Below, in pieces: positions 60,770-64,000 of a stretch of DNA of 64,000 nt. Source of the DNA: Eledone cirrhosa (lineage: Eukaryota); the NCBI GenBank assembly GCA_964016885.1, contig OZ024740.1, forward strand, positions 20,398,001-20,462,000, written 5' to 3'. Below the pieces are notes generated by a model. The model worked only from the letters and a program-made list of their open reading frames with translations, was not told the origin of the DNA and did not search any database. The position numbers and the translations under genes are program-made. Position 1 is the stretch's first letter. The number at the start of each line of letters is the position of its first letter.

Positions 60770-63700
60770 AACCCAGTGACAAAAGCTTAACAACCCAGTA
60801 GCGGTCGTTGTGACAAGTTGTACCAACACAGTAGCGGTGGTTGTGACAAGTTGTACCAACACAGTAGTGTGGTGACAAGTTGTACCAACACAGTAGTGTT
60901 GGATGTGACAAATTGTACCAACACAGTAGTGTGGGATGTGACAAGTTGTACCAACACAGTAGTGTGGGATGTGACAAGTTGTACCAACACAGTGGCATGG
61001 GATGTGACAAGTTGTACCAACACAGTAGTGTTGGATGTGACAAATTGTACCAACACAGTAGTGTGGGATGTGACAAGTTGTACCAACACAGTAGTGTGGG
61101 ATGTGACAAGTTGTACCAACACAGTGGCGTGGGATGTGACAAGTTGTACCAACAGAGTAGTGTGGGATGTGACAAGTTGTACCAACACAGTGGCATGGGA
61201 TGTGACAAGTTGTACCAACACAGTAGTGTTGGATGTGACAAATTGTACCAACACAGTAGTGTGGGATGTGACAAGTTGTACCAACACAGTAGTGTGGGAT
61301 GTGACAAGTTGTACCAACACAGTAGCGTGGGATGTGACAAATTGTACCAACACAGTGGCGTGGGATGTGACAAGTTGTACCAACACAGTAGTGTGGGATG
61401 TGACAAGTTGTACCAACACAGTGGCATGGGATGTGACAAGTTGTACCAACACAGTGGCGTGGGATGTGACAAGTTGTACCAACACAGTAGTGTGGGATGT
61501 GACAAGTTGTACCAACACAGTGGCGTGGGATGTGACAAGTTGTACCAACACAGTGGCATGGGATGTGACAAGTTGTACCAACACAGTGGCGTGGGGTGTG
61601 ACAAGTTGTACCAACACAGTAGTGTGGGATGTGACAAGTTGTACCAACACAGTAGTGTGGGATGTGACAAGTTGTACCAACACAGTGGCGTGGGATGTGA
61701 CAAGTTGTACCAACACAGTAGTGTGGGGTGTGACAAGTTGTACCAACACAGTAGTGTGGGATGTGACAAGTTGTACCAACACAGTAGTGTGGGATGTGAC
61801 AAGTTGTACCAACACAGTGGCGTGGGATGTGACAAGTTGTACCAACACAGTGGCATGGGATGTGACAAGTTGTACCAACACGGTGGCATGGGATGTGACA
61901 AGTTGTACCAACACAGTAGTGTGGGATGTGACAAGTTGTACCAACACAGTGGCGTGGGATGTGACAAGTTGTACCAACACAGTGGCGTGGGATGTGACAA
62001 GTTGTACCAACACAGTGGCATGGGATGTGACAAGTTGTACCAACACAGTAGTGTGGGATGTGACAGGTTGTACCAACACAGTGGCGTGGGATGTGACAAG
62101 TTGTACCAACACAGTAGTGTGGGATGTGACAAGTTGTACCAACACAGTGGCATGGGATGTGACAAGTTGTACCAACACAGTAGTGTGGGATGTGACAAGT
62201 TGTACCAACACAGTGGCGTGGGATGTGACAAGTTGTACCAACACAGTGGCATGGGATGTGACAAGTTGTACCAACACAGTAGTGTGGGATGTGACAAGTT
62301 GTACCAACACAGTGGCATGGGATGTGACAAGTTGTACCAACACAGTAGTGTGGGATGTGACAGGTTGTACCAACACAGTGGCATGGGATGTGACAAGTTG
62401 TACCAACACAGTAGTGTGGGATGTGACAAGTTGTACCAACACAGTGGCGTGGGATGTGACAAGTTGTACCAACACAGTAGTGTGGGATGTGACAGGTTGT
62501 ACCAACACAGTGGCATGGGATGTGACAAGTTGTACCAACACAGTGGCGTGGGATGTGACAAGTTGTACCAACACAGTAGTGTGGGATGTGACAAGTTGTA
62601 CCAACACAGTGGCGTGGGATGTGACAGGTTGTACCAACACAGTGGCATGGGATGTGACAAGTTGTACCAACACAGTAGTGTGGGATGTGACAAGTTGTAC
62701 CAACACAGTGGCATGGGATGTGACAAGTTGTACCAACACAGTAGTGTGGGATGTGACAGGTTGTACCAACACAGTGGCATGGGATGTGACAAGTTGTACC
62801 AACACAGTAGTGTGGGATGTGACAAGTTGTACCAACACAGTGGCGTGGGATGTGACAAGTTGTACCAACACAGTAGTGTGGGATGTGACAGGTTGTACCA
62901 ACACAGTGGCATGGGATGTGACAAGTTGTACCAACACAGTGGCGTGGGATGTGACAAGTTGTACCAACACAGTAGTGTGGGATGTGACAAGTTGTACCAA
63001 CACAGTGGCGTGGGATGTGACAAGTACCAACACAGTGGCGTGGGATGTGACAAGTTGTACCAACACAGTAGTGTGGGATGTGACAAGTTGTACCAACACT
63101 AGTGTGGGATGTGACAAGTTGTACCAACACAGTGGCATGGGATGTGACAAGTTGTACCAACACAGTGGCGTGGGATGTGACAAGTTGTACCAACACAGTA
63201 GTGTGGGATGTGACAAGTTGTACCAACATAGTAGTGTGGGATGTGACAAGTTGTACCAACACAGTAGTGTGGGATGTGACAAGTTGTACCAACACAGTGG
63301 CGTGGGATGTGACAAGTTGTACCAACACAGTAGTGTGGGATGTGACAAGTTGTACCAACACAGTGGCGTGGGATGTGACAAGTTGTACCAACACAGTGGC
63401 GTGGGATGTGACAAGTTGTACCAACACAGTAGTGTGGGATGTGACAAGTTGTACCAACACAGTGGCGTGGGATGTGACAAATTGTACCAACACAGTAGTG
63501 TGGGATGTGACAAGTTGTACCAACACAGTGGGGTGGGATGTGACAAATTGTACCAACACAGTAGTGTGGGATGTGACAAATTGTACCAACACAGTGGCGT
63601 GGGATGTGACAAATTGTACCAACACAGTAGTGTGGGATGTGACAAGTTGTACCAACACAGTAGTGTGGGATGTGACAAGTTGTACCAACACAGTAGTGTG

Positions 63701-64000
63701 GGATGTGACAAGTTGTACCAACACAGTAGTGTGGGATGTGACAAGTTGTACCAACACAGTAGTGTGGGATGTGACAAGTTGTACCAACACAGTAGTGTGG
63801 GATGTGACAAGTTGTACCAACACAGTGGCGTGGGATGTGACAAATTGTACCAACACAGTAGTGTGGGATTTGACAAGTTGTACCAACACAGTAGTGTGGG
63901 ATGTGACAAGTTGTACCAACACAGTAGTGTGGGATGTGACAAGTTGTACCAACACAGTAGCGTGGGATGTGACAAGTTGTACCAACACAGTAGCGTGGGA
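60770..64000. repeat. 33-bp satellite GTGGGATGTGACAAGTTGTACCAACACAGTAGT (runs off window end)
   Basis: Period 33; nearly 100 copies by length; variants TGGCGT and TGGCAT. Confidence 0.97.

Noticed and set aside
60572-63988. 740-1138-aa repetitive ORFs resembling Cys/His-rich structural proteins
   Set aside because: 33-bp satellite open in four frames on both strands, with frame-shifting deletions; no signal peptide or splice evidence.

Overview
Repeat-dense, AT-rich animal genomic DNA, most likely a coleoid cephalopod (Octopus-like; inferred from the SINE/RTE repertoire and extreme microsatellite load, not proven). The only host gene I can support is the 3' end of a + strand LRCH gene (leucine-rich repeat and calponin-homology protein). 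Four GT-AG exons (9877-9998, 13683-13820, 14596-14673, 33534-33713) encode the coiled coil, CH domain and a C-terminal transmembrane tail. The rest of the window holds: a 6.6-kb RTE-clade LINE with an intact ORF (APE-RT-PHD, minus strand) and a three-tier tandem-repeat 5' region; tRNA-derived SINEs, one family sharing the RTE 3' tail; piggyBac-, hAT- and Tc1/mariner-type non-autonomous elements; and several kb-scale satellites, some derived from the RTE tail. The most striking hidden structure is a set of short non-coding elements sitting in (TA)n tracts. They carry hammerhead-ribozyme cores (CUGANGA...GAAA...NUH), are usually folded back into long palindromes whose turning points coincide with ribozyme helices, and share a palindromic GAGTRCTC motif mostly 30-50 nt from their 3' ends. 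They look like Penelope-like (PLE) pLTR derivatives or retrozyme-like elements from several unrelated families. Nearly all ORF-track ORFs other than the RTE ORF and the LRCH exon overlap are repeat artefacts.
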